NCBI GenBank assembly: GCA_000708835.1 | Contig: DF236978.1 | Location: forward strand, 1 to 64,000 | Direction of reading: 5' to 3' | Length of the DNA: 64,000 bases | Source of the DNA: Klebsormidium nitens | Taxonomy: Eukaryota; Plantae; Klebsormidiophyceae | Shown here: positions 10,801 through 22,507 of the stretch, piece after piece | Position numbering within the stretch: position 1 is the stretch's first letter | Layout of the letters: the number at the start of each line of letters is the position of its first letter | Translations under genes and position numbers: made by a program | The notes under the pieces: model-generated | What the model was told of the DNA's origin: nothing | The model's input: the letters and a program-made list of their open reading frames with translations, nothing else | Database searches by the model: none

Positions 10801-13800
10801 CCTGACCGTAAGTGGCGCGTTGTCGAATTGGGCGACTGACCCGCGAAGTGCGCTCCCCTCCCCCGCAGGCGTCCCACTTGGAGAAGCTCCATGCGAAGCG
10901 CAAGCAACTAGAGCGGCAGCTGTTCAAGGCGGGGGAGCTGCTGCGGCGCCACCCGGAGAAGCGGCCGACGATGCGGCTGGGCTGGAAGCGCTTCCTGGGG
11001 CTCGGCGAGAAAGTGGACACCATCGATTGGACGACGCAAGAGCTGACGAGGCTGACGGCCGAGGCACGTGCCGAGCGGAATAAGATCCTGGCGGAGAAGG
11101 ACGACGCGCACGTCGTGCCTGCGGCGTTTGTGTCGTTTAAGAGCCGGTGGGGCGCGGCGGTTGCGGCGCAAACGCAGCAGGTAAGAGGAGAATGGCATCG
11201 ACTGGAGCTCTTTCTTGAGACGCATATGGTAGGTTTGGGTGGTTCGTGTGCGCCTGTTCGAAGAGCACGTCGAGATTGGTTTATCACATATGGTGCATGG
11301 GTCTCCCTCTCCTTGTTAAGAAGCGGTGTTGTTCGCTGATACAATTGTGGAACCAATTCTTGCTGTGTGTGTCGCCAAGCCAGTCCGCGGCAGCCAAGGT
11401 TCCGCAGCAGTGGCAGACTTGGGTTGCCAAAAAATGTAAGAACACCTTGCCAATTCGCCTTTCCCGAAACTCCACTTTTCACGGAGGCTTCTCTCGTCAC
11501 AAACTTGCCTTCACAACGCCCTACCTCTCTACGAAGTCAGAGTCTTCGTCGCAACCGACAATTTCTCACGCCCCGCCGTGTCCCTCGGTGCAGTCCCCCA
11601 ACCCGCTGCTGTGGCAGACGCAGTGGGCCCCGGAGCCGCGCGACGTGTACTGGCCCAACCTGTCGATGCCGTACTGGGAGAACGGGACGCGCCGGCTGCT
11701 GGTCACCGCGGCGGTGTTCGCCATCGTGTTCTTCTACCTCATCCCCGTCACCTTCGTCCAGGGCCTCACCGAGCTGCGCACGCTCTCGCGCTGGGTGCCG
11801 GGGGCGCGCGCGCTCGCGTCCATGTGAGCGCCTTCGCTTTGTCCCCTTTTTGTCGTTCTCCATCCAATCGTTCCTTTGATACTTCATGTCAAGTTTCTCG
11901 GTCCATTGGATAACCAGCTCGTATCCAGGGCCCACAGGGAAAGGAAGCTTTAGGACGTACAAGGTATTTTGTGTCGGCCATTCATAGAAGGTAGCAACAG
12001 CTGACAATGGACGCGGCGGTCCAGGATATCTGGAGGCCGTGGATACGCATTTCTTCGCGCGACGGAAGGATAACTTGGCCTTTGGTTCAGCAAGCGCATA
12101 AGCATGGTCTCGAAGAGCCTCACGGCAGCACCTTTAGGTAGGTGCATTGGCTGGAGAGCTTCGTGAGGAGCGCAGCCTTGCTTCCGTAGTCTCGCATCAG
12201 TAGACACACCGTTCGAGCTGGATTCAGGACCTGAGTACCGGCGAGCCATTGCAGTGATCGTGGGCTGATTTACAGAGGCACTTTCTGATTCGTGAGCATA
12301 CGGAAGAACTTGGGAGGGGCGAAGAATCGCTCCAGAAATCTGCGGATGTAAGGGCAACCTTCGAGCTGCATCCGTACGACCTCGAACATTAGCTGGCCGT
12401 TCCGCTATCCGCTCTCAGCCACCGTTCCGTCGTGTGTGCAGCCCGGTGGTGAGCCAGCTGATCACGGGGTACCTGCCGGCGCTGATTTTGACCATCTTCT
12501 TGGCGCTGATGCCGATGGTCATGATGCTGCTCTCCAAGATGGAGGGCCGCCTCTCGCTGTCCAGCCTCGACAAGGTCGCCTGCTCCAAAATGTGTGAGCG
12601 CACCAACTCCGTGGCCCGGAAAGCATCGTTTGTTGCAAACTTTGAAAAGCACTGGCCGTGTTTTGAGTGTCGTTGCTGGTCCGGTGGTGGATCGTTCAGC
12701 AGACTGCAGGCTGCTGTGCATGGGTCTGTGACGAGTGCAGCGCTTCGAGGAGCTTCTGGGTCGAGGATTTACGCTGTTTGAATACCGGGCAGTCCAAGGG
12801 CGAACAGCTACCCTTCAAGAAACATATTCTTCGTTCCTTCACTGTGGCCACAGTCGATGTAGAGCACTAAACAAGCGATTGGACGTTGACTGGACCAGGC
12901 CGTCGACCGAAGTCACCTGTTGCTTTTCTCTTACTTCACATGCTGCATACATCAGTCCGTGACTGATCTCAGGAACTTGACTGGTGTTCGGATCGACTAG
13001 CAGTGCTCCGATGTTCATTCTGCTTTCCTCACCGCGCAGTCTACTTTTTGGTGGTCAACGTCTTCTTCGGCACCGTGTTTGCGGGCTCCGTATTCAACAA
13101 GCTCAACTCGTTCATTGACCAGCCCAAGTCCATCCCCAACGCGCTCGCCGCAGCCATCCCGCAAAAGGTGCGCGCCGCCTGCCCTGCCGCTTGTTCGCAT
13201 CTTTTTGTGTCCTCGCGAGATCCTTCTGCTCCTATAAGCCCGCGGTGTCAAGAAACGCACTGCTTCCCCGTTCGTGATGCCTTTTCTTGGCTCATCTGCA
13301 ATGCGCTTTCGTATCCCCGATACAATCGCAACCCTTCCCGTAAAGAGCCTTGATTGGTGCTGCCATATGCCCCGAAAGTTCGAGCCCAAGGACATGGACA
13401 GAGACACGAACCTGCACGATGTCACCTATCCAGTAGCTCTTGACAAGATATATCCAGAACGTTCTTCTTCTCCACACTGCAGAGCACGTTCTTCATCACG
13501 TACATCGTGACGTCATGGGCGGGGTTCGCCCAGGAGGCCCTCCAGACGTTTTCCCTGGTGCGGTACTATTTGCAGTACGGCACCACCGCGCGCACCGAGA
13601 CGGACCGCGAGCGCGCGCGCCCGCCGCCCACCATGCCCCTGCACTCCACCGCCCCCAGTGAGCCATCCGCCATACGCTATCCATTTTAGAAGTTGTCGCA
13701 CGTAGGCAGTTCGCAACAAGCAATTGAATGCTCGGTCGCACCCGCAACGTGAGCCTCCTAGAAGGCGAGGTGGTCTATGTGCAGTCTCCTGTAAGGGATA

Positions 13801-15981
13801 TAGCTTTGTGTGGGGGCCCGCTGGAAGCTCCCGTTATGCTTCATCCGCGGACGAATCTGAACCATTAGGAACATCGAAAGGACGTCGATGGGGAGACGTG
13901 CTAACGAAATCTCTGAGAATATTGACGTGTCCAAGGGAGGCGAGTTATCAGAATCAAAACAAACGGTTGCTCTTGCTTCGCATGTGACTGACGCTCGCTC
14001 AGCAGCGCTCAGAGCGGCGTTGTCACAAAGGTTTCCACTTTCCGCTTGGAGTTTGAGCGACGGCGCATCCTGATTTCGTTTCCGCTGCGCTGCAGATCTG
14101 CTGATCTTCGTGCTGCTGGGCCTGGTGTACTTTCCGGTGGCGCCCCTGCTGCTGCCCTTCCTGCTCTTTTACTTTCTGCTGGGCTTCGCGGTGTGGGCCA
14201 ACGAACTGATCCACGTCTACGAGCCCGCCTACGAGAGCTACGGCCAGTGAGCTACTCCCCCACCGCTCACAATGCCAGTGGGCAGCTTCATGTCGGTTGC
14301 CAGCATCTTCTTTCTGCATTTGTCGATGGCTCGAGTACTTAGCCGCAAGAACGCAGCTTTTCCAATCGAACAGCGCATTCGCAGAACTCTGATAACGGTT
14401 ATTTTCTCGCTCCCCTCTTTCTTATTAAGGAAGAGAAGCGTCACCCCTCGACACCGTTTTTACTCCTGCGAACAACGCATACTTTAAACTGAACTCCACC
14501 GAAATGGTCCCCGTTACTTCCCGCCCACTTTTACCCCCCAGCCAGAACTTTTTTATCCTGCCGTCTCGTCCTCATAATTGTTGGGGCTTTGCCTTACCGA
14601 ATCTATTGGTAGTCCGTGCCTAACGTCCGTGCCTTCCCCCTCGGTGCAGGTTCTGGCCGTTCGTGCACAATCGGTTCATCGCGTCCCTGGTGATCATGCA
14701 GCTCATGATGGCTGGTTTGTTGGGCTTGAAGCGCGCCCCGATTGCCGCCCCGCTCATCGTGCCGCTCATCGTGCTCACGCTGCTCTTCCACAAGTTCTGC
14801 AACGACCGCTTCCTCGCAACCTTCAGCAACTACTCGCTCCAGGTGCGCACAGTTGAAGTCCTGAGAATTGTCAACAATCTGGATATTCTTAAGTTTGCTT
14901 TCGCACTGCTCATTGAAGATTTCGAGCTAGGGGTCCAATGACCAGTTTCCTTTCACCGGCGCTACCATTCGCCTGGCTGCCTTAGTTTTCCGTTTGCAAC
15001 GTGGCTCGCACGCATTAGCGCGTATGCTCACAGACATCTCGAGGTATAGGCCGGTCGAGCATCCAACCCACGTCAGCGGTTTCCGTAGGTTTTGGTGAAA
15101 GCCTTCCTATCGCTACCACTTGAACGTTTTCCAACGGTTTACCCTTTTTTGAAAAATGCTGGACCAATTCAAGGAGGCAGGTGCTGAGCCAATCCGATAC
15201 CAATCATGAATGTCTTTGGCTCAAGGTGCGACCTCCTGCGTCAAGGACGAAACTTTTGTGTCGTCTCAGAGAGGAGCCCCTTCAAACTAGATAGTGTTTC
15301 TGCAGAGCGCTGCGGACAAGGACCTGGCCGAGAGCGACGCCGAGTTCCACCAGGACCTGGCCTTCCTCCAGGACGCCTATTTACACCCCGGCCTCCGGTA
15401 AGCGGACCCTCCGGCTTTCTCAACCGACATGTTGGGCAACACCATTATACACCCGCTTGTGGAGGACGAGTGTCTGGGCTATAAGACACTCGCACCTTGT
15501 GCACGGTTGCGAACTGCGGCATATCGTATCCAGTATCACGCTTCGTCGCACGAAGAAAGACCGTTTCAAGTCTTGAATGTTAATCCGAAGCGCAGTTATG
15601 AAAGCAATTACAGGCTCGTAATTGCTCTCTTTTTCGTACCTTGATGCTTCTCTGTGCAGAGAGGAAGCGTTCGAAGATGCTGTGAACGACGTGGAAGAAG
15701 GTCGGCGGCGGGAGGTCGAAGACGCTTTCGGGGGCCCGAGCCGGTTCATCGAAGCCCCGGGGAACATGGGCGTGGCGGTGAAGCCCACGTTGCCGGACCC
15801 GTACGACATCCCCGAGCCCAATGAACGGCTGGACGCAGCGGACGGTTCGGACACGTCCTCGCTCAGACCGCCCGGCTCGCCGCAGAGCGAACACGGAACC
15901 GGGGACAGGATCGTGCCCGCGGGGAGGCCGCATTCGGTACACGAACAGCACGCAGCGCCGGGATCGGAGATTACGGAATGA
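7874..15981 (+). CDS. OSCA: OSCA/CSC1/ERD4 (TMEM63) family hyperosmolality-gated, mechanosensitive cation channel
   Basis: Exons 7874-8178, 8583-8744, 8918-9013, 9429-9594, (9987-10091 candidate), 10869-11180, 11594-11823, 12442-12593, 13040-13167, 13483-13657, 14096-14246, 14650-14842, 15306-15397, 15660-15981. Motifs: TSVGINAALV, GVDAVVFMRIF, RLWAHL, QFTVLV, AAFVSFKSRWGAAVAAQTQQ, APEPRDVYWPNL, GYLPALIL, YEPAYESYGQFWP, AYLHPGL. Confidence 0.92.
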
Positions 15982-17369
15982 AAGTGACGTGTCGAAAGAC
16001 ACGGGGTTTTGGCAAGCACCGTATATTTGCGCGCATGTACCATGTTTACGGCTAGCCTGAGTTTGTGTAGGTAGGTAAGCTCGCTGCTTTTGTTGACGTA
16101 CTGAGGGATCATTGATGCTCGTTGCGGAATGACGCCGCCCGCGGCTTCTCTTGTCAGTAAAGGCATGCGTAGATCCAATAGGAACGGAATTCTAAATGTA
16201 ATCTACGTCCCAAAATTGCGATTGCATGCAGCTTTTCAAGGAGCGAGACCATGAACGTCGGACTTGACAGTTTGCGTTGGCCTCAACAAGTGCGCAAGTC
16301 TCATGTAGGGACGCGGGGGCTGCATCAGAAGGATTTGGTGCACGGTTTAATGCCTAACAGTACGGGCGGTGCCGGAACTCATCCATTGAGCTAAGCTGGT
16401 GAAAGTAGGCCCTGCCACACCATCAGTACCATACACTAGACATGACCTTGCGTGGGTGCATCAGTGCACGACATTGACACCGTGACCCCGCAACCGTTCT
16501 CTTTTAAAGCTATACGTTCCAGATGCACTGGCATGCAAGTGCTCACAACGATCACATGTTGCAATGCACTGAGCCGCCTGGCACAATCTACCTGCACTGT
16601 TCGAACTGAAGAGACCATATCGCTGGGCAGCGCATGCCGGACTTCGACGTACCACCGCTCGAACCACATGCCGCCTGTCACTGCGCCACATGGTGATCGT
16701 CGTTACTGTACGTGTCAATGAGATGTTTGGAAGCATTCGATATCAGAAAGTCATACTGTCGTGCTTACCGTAAAATTGCATCGCACGGCGCGCAACGTGA
16801 CGTCCAACTGGCAATTAGCTACCAAGCTTCTAGGCTCGAGCCGTATTGGAGCATGCTTAGCGGCATATCGATCGATGGGCCCGCGGCGCAACCCATACCG
16901 CAATGCCAGGTGATTGTGAGAGCTCGACATCTATCAGCACTAGCTCAGCATGAGGTTGAGTCCGGCGCAGTCTGCAGCTAGCTTGAACTAAAAGAGCCAT
17001 TCGATCCTGTCGAATGGATCTGCTGTACAGTGATTGATCTTGTGAGCTGTCATCACCGTCTCATACGCATTCCACACATTCTACTTTCCGCGAACACCTT
17101 TTGATTGGTATATCTATCCTATACCGTCTGATCTATACAAAACATTTGCCGCCCACTTGATTCATCTCGTGAAAGCGTATTATTTCTAAGATACTCATAT
17201 GAAACGCGTGCAAATCTGCTAGCTATTGCATTCTCTTTGTGTCCAACCGTTGACGTCTGTCGCCTGCCTTGATCTCTTCCATTTTCACATGCCACTTCTC
17301 GAACGTACCGTCACACTATTCTGCTGTCTCAATCCAACTGTTGCAAGCGTCTAATTCAGTGAAGCTCAG

Positions 17370-20300
17370 TCATATGCGCCCGTTTCTCAGCCTTCGTCTT
17401 TGTCGGCTGAATTCGAGCAGCACCATGTGCGGGGCCGTGAGCGCCGCGAGCCCCACGAAGATGACCTGAACACTGGCCATCTCGAACGCCGCCACGTGGG
17501 ATGCCAAGATTGGGTGCTGCAAAAGGAACCTCGTCAGATGTTGCCCTTGAAAGGCACCTCCGTTGTCGCCAAACTCTCTTTCTTCGGAGAGCGCTGTACA
17601 CCTCCAAAGAGCGCTTTGGTTTCGCGGAGAGCGCGCACATTACCCTCCCTCAGTAAAGGGGCCACTAATCAGACGAATCCAATGACAGTTGGCGTGGTAG
17701 CAAGAGAAGATAAGTTGCCGCAAAAACTGGACAAGGGATAAGCACGGCGTGAAACCAGATTGAAGGTCAGACTAACACGTGTGTCTCTGGTCAGCGTCCA
17801 GTATTCACCAAGTGCCCCCCTTCTTACCTTGAGCAGCCCCGCAAAGACGGCGAGCGCCACCAGCAGCGTGACACCTGTCACCATCCCGGCCGCCTTGCCG
17901 ACGTAGCGCAGGTCCGCCAGGCTGGCGGGCGTGCTTTCGTCCGCGAAGAACGCGAGCGTATGGCGTAAAGAATGCAGCTGCACCGAAGCGGGAACTGTAA
18001 TCAGCTGCGTGTGTCTCCAGAACTGTCATGAAACGAATCATTGGCTTCGTGTTTATCCAGCTCAACGAATGGACGGATGCAGCTGCACCAGAGTCGTCGG
18101 AGCAAAGTTCAGGATTCGGAGCTGCCCCAAAGCTGCCTCGGAGACCCCCTCGCGCCCAAGCTGTTCAAGTTCGAAGGCTGCGAAGGTGCGCCGCCATATT
18201 GCCCAATACTGGAAGCTGCCAAAGCGCTGTCACGGTGATAATAGGAACCCCGCCTTTTCCAGCTCGGCCGAGGCAGAAACCTCACCCTAGAGAACCACAA
18301 ACACGACCAATACGTGGCCGTTAGGCGCATCTCGAAGTTGCTCGACAATCTGAAGTACTCAGCAGTCGATATTGGCCTAGTCGAAACCAGGCCTCACCGT
18401 ACAGAACGCGAGGAAGAAGCCCAGGAGGGGGGGCGCCAGCGTGCACCCCAGCCCCAGCAGCGCCATCTCTAGCCCGGCCGCGAGCCGCGACTCTCGAGTC
18501 AGACCCGGACCAGACGTCAGCTGTCCTAGTGTCTTCGATGACGTCAGCTCTTCCCGGGGTACGAGCTGCTCTCGAGCTGGGGAGCCCAAATGTGTGTCGG
18601 TGCGCGGCCCTAGGTAGCAGTAGAGGCTTGTGGCGGCGACTGCCAGCGCGGTGGGCAAGGCGAGGAGGGTGCAGAGGTGGGACACGTGGCTGGCCGCGAA
18701 TGGAGGAGCGAGGTGAGAGAAGAGGAGTGACGTCTGCAGGGAAGAGGGTCGTCAGCGACGGAAAGACGATGCCAAGCAGGGTCGTGATGAGACTAGGGCC
18801 ACTCACTTCATTCGACTTGGCGTTTGACTCTCAATCAAGAACATGTATCGAGTGGCTGGTTGCCGAGCTATCCTTCAGCAAGTTCGGAGTCAACACGGAG
18901 ATAAGGAGCACACAATAGCTGTCTGTACTTTGAAAAGTTGCCGGATTTGTGCAAGCAGATGCTTCACGCAGGGAGTCAAATACTTTGCAAAGCAGTAAAA
19001 TCTTAGGATCTCCTTCCAAACTTCCGCCTTTTGGAAGCTCAAATGAGCTGACAAAACGACAAAGCACAGCTCCGACAATGCACGGCTCTTCGATTCGTGC
19101 TTTCGTATGCATCTTCGGACCTGGTTATCTACACCAATGAGCTTGATTCGAAGCTAGGTCGGCTTTTGAGGGAACCTGTATCGGACGAAGTCGAAGGTCA
19201 GAACTTTTCGGCAACACTGTATGACAAACACAGGCACCTTCGTCTCACCTCCTGTTTGTGCAAAATGAAGGGCAGCGTAATGGGTCCCAGGCCTCGGGCT
19301 GCCACCTCTACCCAGTGCCACTGCCCCGGCAACAAGCCTTGTGCATCGTTGGTGCCAAAGTGCCAGGCGCTCGCGGCCAGCAGGCCCGCCAGAGAAGCGC
19401 CCGGGAAGTGGCACCACAGGAACACAACTGGAAGGCAAACGGGCGCTGTTCAGTTTCTGATAGGGACAGGCATTTCCTCAGCTGATCATGCAAAGAAGTC
19501 ATCCGCACTCTTTCGAGGAAAGGCTCAGCCTCGCAATGGCCGAAGGCTCGATTATGCACATCACAACGGATCGGTTCGAGAACCATGAAACACATAGGAC
19601 TTGGAAACTTTCGGCCTTCAGAAACGAGCACGCCCATCTAACTCCAAACTCCAGCTTTCCTAGTACTCTACCAAAGCAATCCTGATTTAGACGGAAGCTC
19701 GACGGGAGCTTGAAAACCTTGAGTTGTGAGCTTCTCTTGACTGAAGCAGAACCCCTTATGGCATTGACATGAACAACACCGCAAACTCTTAGAGCAGCTA
19801 GCCAGCTGACAATCTCCCCTGCGTGCAGCATTAGGGCCTGGGACTCCTCACCTAAGGCGGTGCATGCAGAGTAGGCCGCCACAAAGAGGGCGAGGTTCCA
19901 GGGCTGTGGCCAGGGCCAGGCCTGCTCGCGCATCAGCCCCTGAGCTGTGACCAGGTCCAGAGCACCGTGGGGGACGCCCAAAATGGCAACTCCTAAAGCC
20001 AAAATTGTTAACTGCAAATCAAGGTGTAACACAGGGGGTTAGGACGAGTCAACCGGCAGTGTTATTTTTCAAAGGAATGCAGCTAAGCTGCAGAGAATGC
20101 TTGTGCCGGCTGTAATCTTTTGGCGTGCTATGAGTTAAGGTGAATCAGGAAGCCAAATTCAATAGATGCATCTCATGATACCTCAGAGACTTGCTGATCT
20201 TCTTGTAGGAGGAGAAGGCTCAAGCAAGCGGCCTCACCTGTACAGTTGGGGACACGATTGCTGATCCCGTCAAATAACTGATCAAGAGCAAACCCGTGAC

Positions 20301-20912
20301 CCCAGCAAAAAACTTGGGGTGTATTCGCTGGGCTTTTCTGAGCAGTACCAGGGTCTCCTCAGTGCAAAATGTGCCTGGCTGCAACCCCCCCTCACGGTTG
20401 GCGCCTGCCGCTGCAGGCTCCAGATAAACTGCATGAGCAGCCGCCTTCGTGCAGCGCCGTTCTAATGTTCTCTGGTCACAATGTGCCGTTGCTAAGGACC
20501 GTAGAGCGGAGCCATCCCAGATTTGCTGTGCCTCTACTGTATTCACATTGCAAAGCTCTCTCTTTGTCGCCAACAAACCCCGCTTTTTCCAAGCCTGCCA
20601 CTTGGAGATTTTGCAAACAGTGGAGCCTGCAAATGAGTCCCTTGCTTCCAGATTCTCCCTTCCGTTGACATCCTCACTGAGACTGGGACCGCTCTGCTCA
20701 GGAACCACATTCTGCGGGTGTGTGCGTCTTCTGCAACCGTGACTCTGAAAATTCCTTTTTGTGGCTCCCCCTCCATGTAAGGGCTTCACAGCAAAGGGTC
20801 TGACGCTGTGGCCCAATGTCTCCTTGTAAGCCCTGCTGACGATCGACTCTTCCTGGGCAACACGAATGCTGGGCGTCCCTAATCTAGTTCTATGCAAGCT
20901 GAAGCTCGCCAT
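17370..20912 (-). CDS. blh: Brp/Blh family beta-carotene 15,15'-dioxygenase (retinal-forming), 548 aa with ~200-aa N-terminal extension
   Basis: Exons (minus) 20912-20238, 20011-19852, 19427-19249, 18733-18398, 17977-17828, 17516-17370 join in phase to 549 codons. Family motifs appear in the correct order: LGVPHGALD, SAWHFGTND, RGLGPITLP..H.ET..LF..L, PPLLGFFLAFCTLHSLRH, GLAALTAPHM. The protein is multi-pass hydrophobic. Confidence 0.9.
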
Positions 20913-21626
20913 GCCGATCCGTGAGCATCACATGCTGGAGACTCGACTGCATAGCAATCTCTTTGTTTACCATCCCCTTACTGTCTTGTCTTTTAGTAAG
21001 GACGGAGCAAACGAAGAGGACATTACTTGATGTTCCATGGCGGACGTAGCCGGGGAAGGAGAGCAGAAAGGAGAGAACTCAATAATCTCTTCTCCAGAGA
21101 ACAAACCAGAACTCTTTGACATCCCTTTGACGTTCAGATATCAACGAAAGCGCAGGCAGATCTTCCTCTCGCAACACTATTAGGTGGAACCTGCTGGATT
21201 GAGAAGGGTTCTTCCCAGTTGTCCCTGTGCGCAAGCCATTGGGTTATCGATCTTAATATGGCAATCTGCACTCAAGATGATGCCATTTGGCGCTTTTCGC
21301 CGCGGCGAAGCCTGACGAACCAGCCGCACCGTTGACTGCATGAGCGCCGCACAAAGCCTAGCGCAGTACTCTACACGGCCCTTGTGTACAATCGGGATTC
21401 CATGTACGCACTCGATTGCGTAGGTACGGTAGGAGTCGGGACAGGGTAGGCACCTAGGTACATCAAGGTTCAACTGCTCGGCCTGCGTGTACAAAGCACG
21501 GCGTACGATCATCAGCAGTGCAGTGTACAACTGCTTTTACCAACCTGAGCCGATTTCGATCTGAACCGTCGTCTCGGGATTGCATGCAGATTATGAACCG
21601 TCGATGCACCGGCGGAACCTCGGATC

Positions 21627-21638
21627 GACCACGTGGTC
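21627..21638. promoter_or_regulatory. Palindromic G-box (GACCACGTGGTC) between blh and rhodopsin
   Basis: Perfect 12-bp palindrome containing CCACGTGG, near the middle of the divergent intergenic region. Function is inferred only. Confidence 0.3.
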
Positions 21639-22507
21639 CGAGCTTTGAACGCCAGCTCCAGTGTCGGCCACTGCTCGAGCCAGGCTCCGACCAGTCGGCA
21701 TGTTTTGTGGTAGGCAACGAGGCAACGGCCCCGCGGCCAGCCTGGTGAGATGTGCTGATGCTCATTGACAACTCGACAACTGGCACACAACGTCTCATTT
21801 GAAGCAGACAAATGTCTGTCTGCATTATGAAAGAAACGTGGAGCGCAGCAAAAGGCACAGCTCATCGTCAAATTTACTGCCTGATCATTCATTTATCAGT
21901 GCATCTGAGAAGCCGGCTCCTTCTCTAGCTGCCGAGTCCAGCAGCTTGCGCTTCCACTTCATGCAGCCTTTCTACCTAGCATGAAGGGCACTTTGTGATG
22001 GGTGCTCACTGCTGGGTAGACCCTGTGTCTTCGTTTCTTGTAACCGTAAGCTGCACGGTCGAATGCCTGCCCCCTGAAGTTGATGGCAGTGTATTAAACA
22101 GCAAAGTGTCCATGAGATCGGTGTAAAGCCTGCTTCAACTCAACGCATCTTTCAGCTGCTGAGGCGGCTGTCACGGTCTTTCAACGGACTTTCATTTACC
22201 TGCAGGGAGTCACCGACTTTTAGTGCGAGTTATCGGGCCAGAGCTGATCCAAGCTCGACCAGAAACTTTACCCGATTAGGTCTCGATTACCAGTGCCAGA
22301 TCTGCATGCTTCAGTACACTGGCTGCCAGCAAAACTCTCCATCTTGACGACTGATCTAGTTTGATTTGACAGCACACTCTTACATAGCAACTCTCTGCAA
22401 AAAGCTTAAGTCGCCCACATCTGACAACCTTCCCCACATTCTCGCACTCGCCGCCAGTAGTACGTGACGGGCCAAGTCCAGAGCTAACGCGCAGCACCAC
22501 CGTCACC

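Noticed and set aside
2097-15981. Functional link of patatin and OSCA to the rhodopsin module
   Set aside because: Only proximity supports it. Both are common plant genes and nothing in the sequence ties them to retinal or proton pumping.
21180-21892. ORFs between blh and rhodopsin as a third cluster gene (e.g. a crt gene)
   Set aside because: Short overlapping ORFs with no recognisable carotenoid-enzyme or other motifs. Most likely promoter/UTR sequence.
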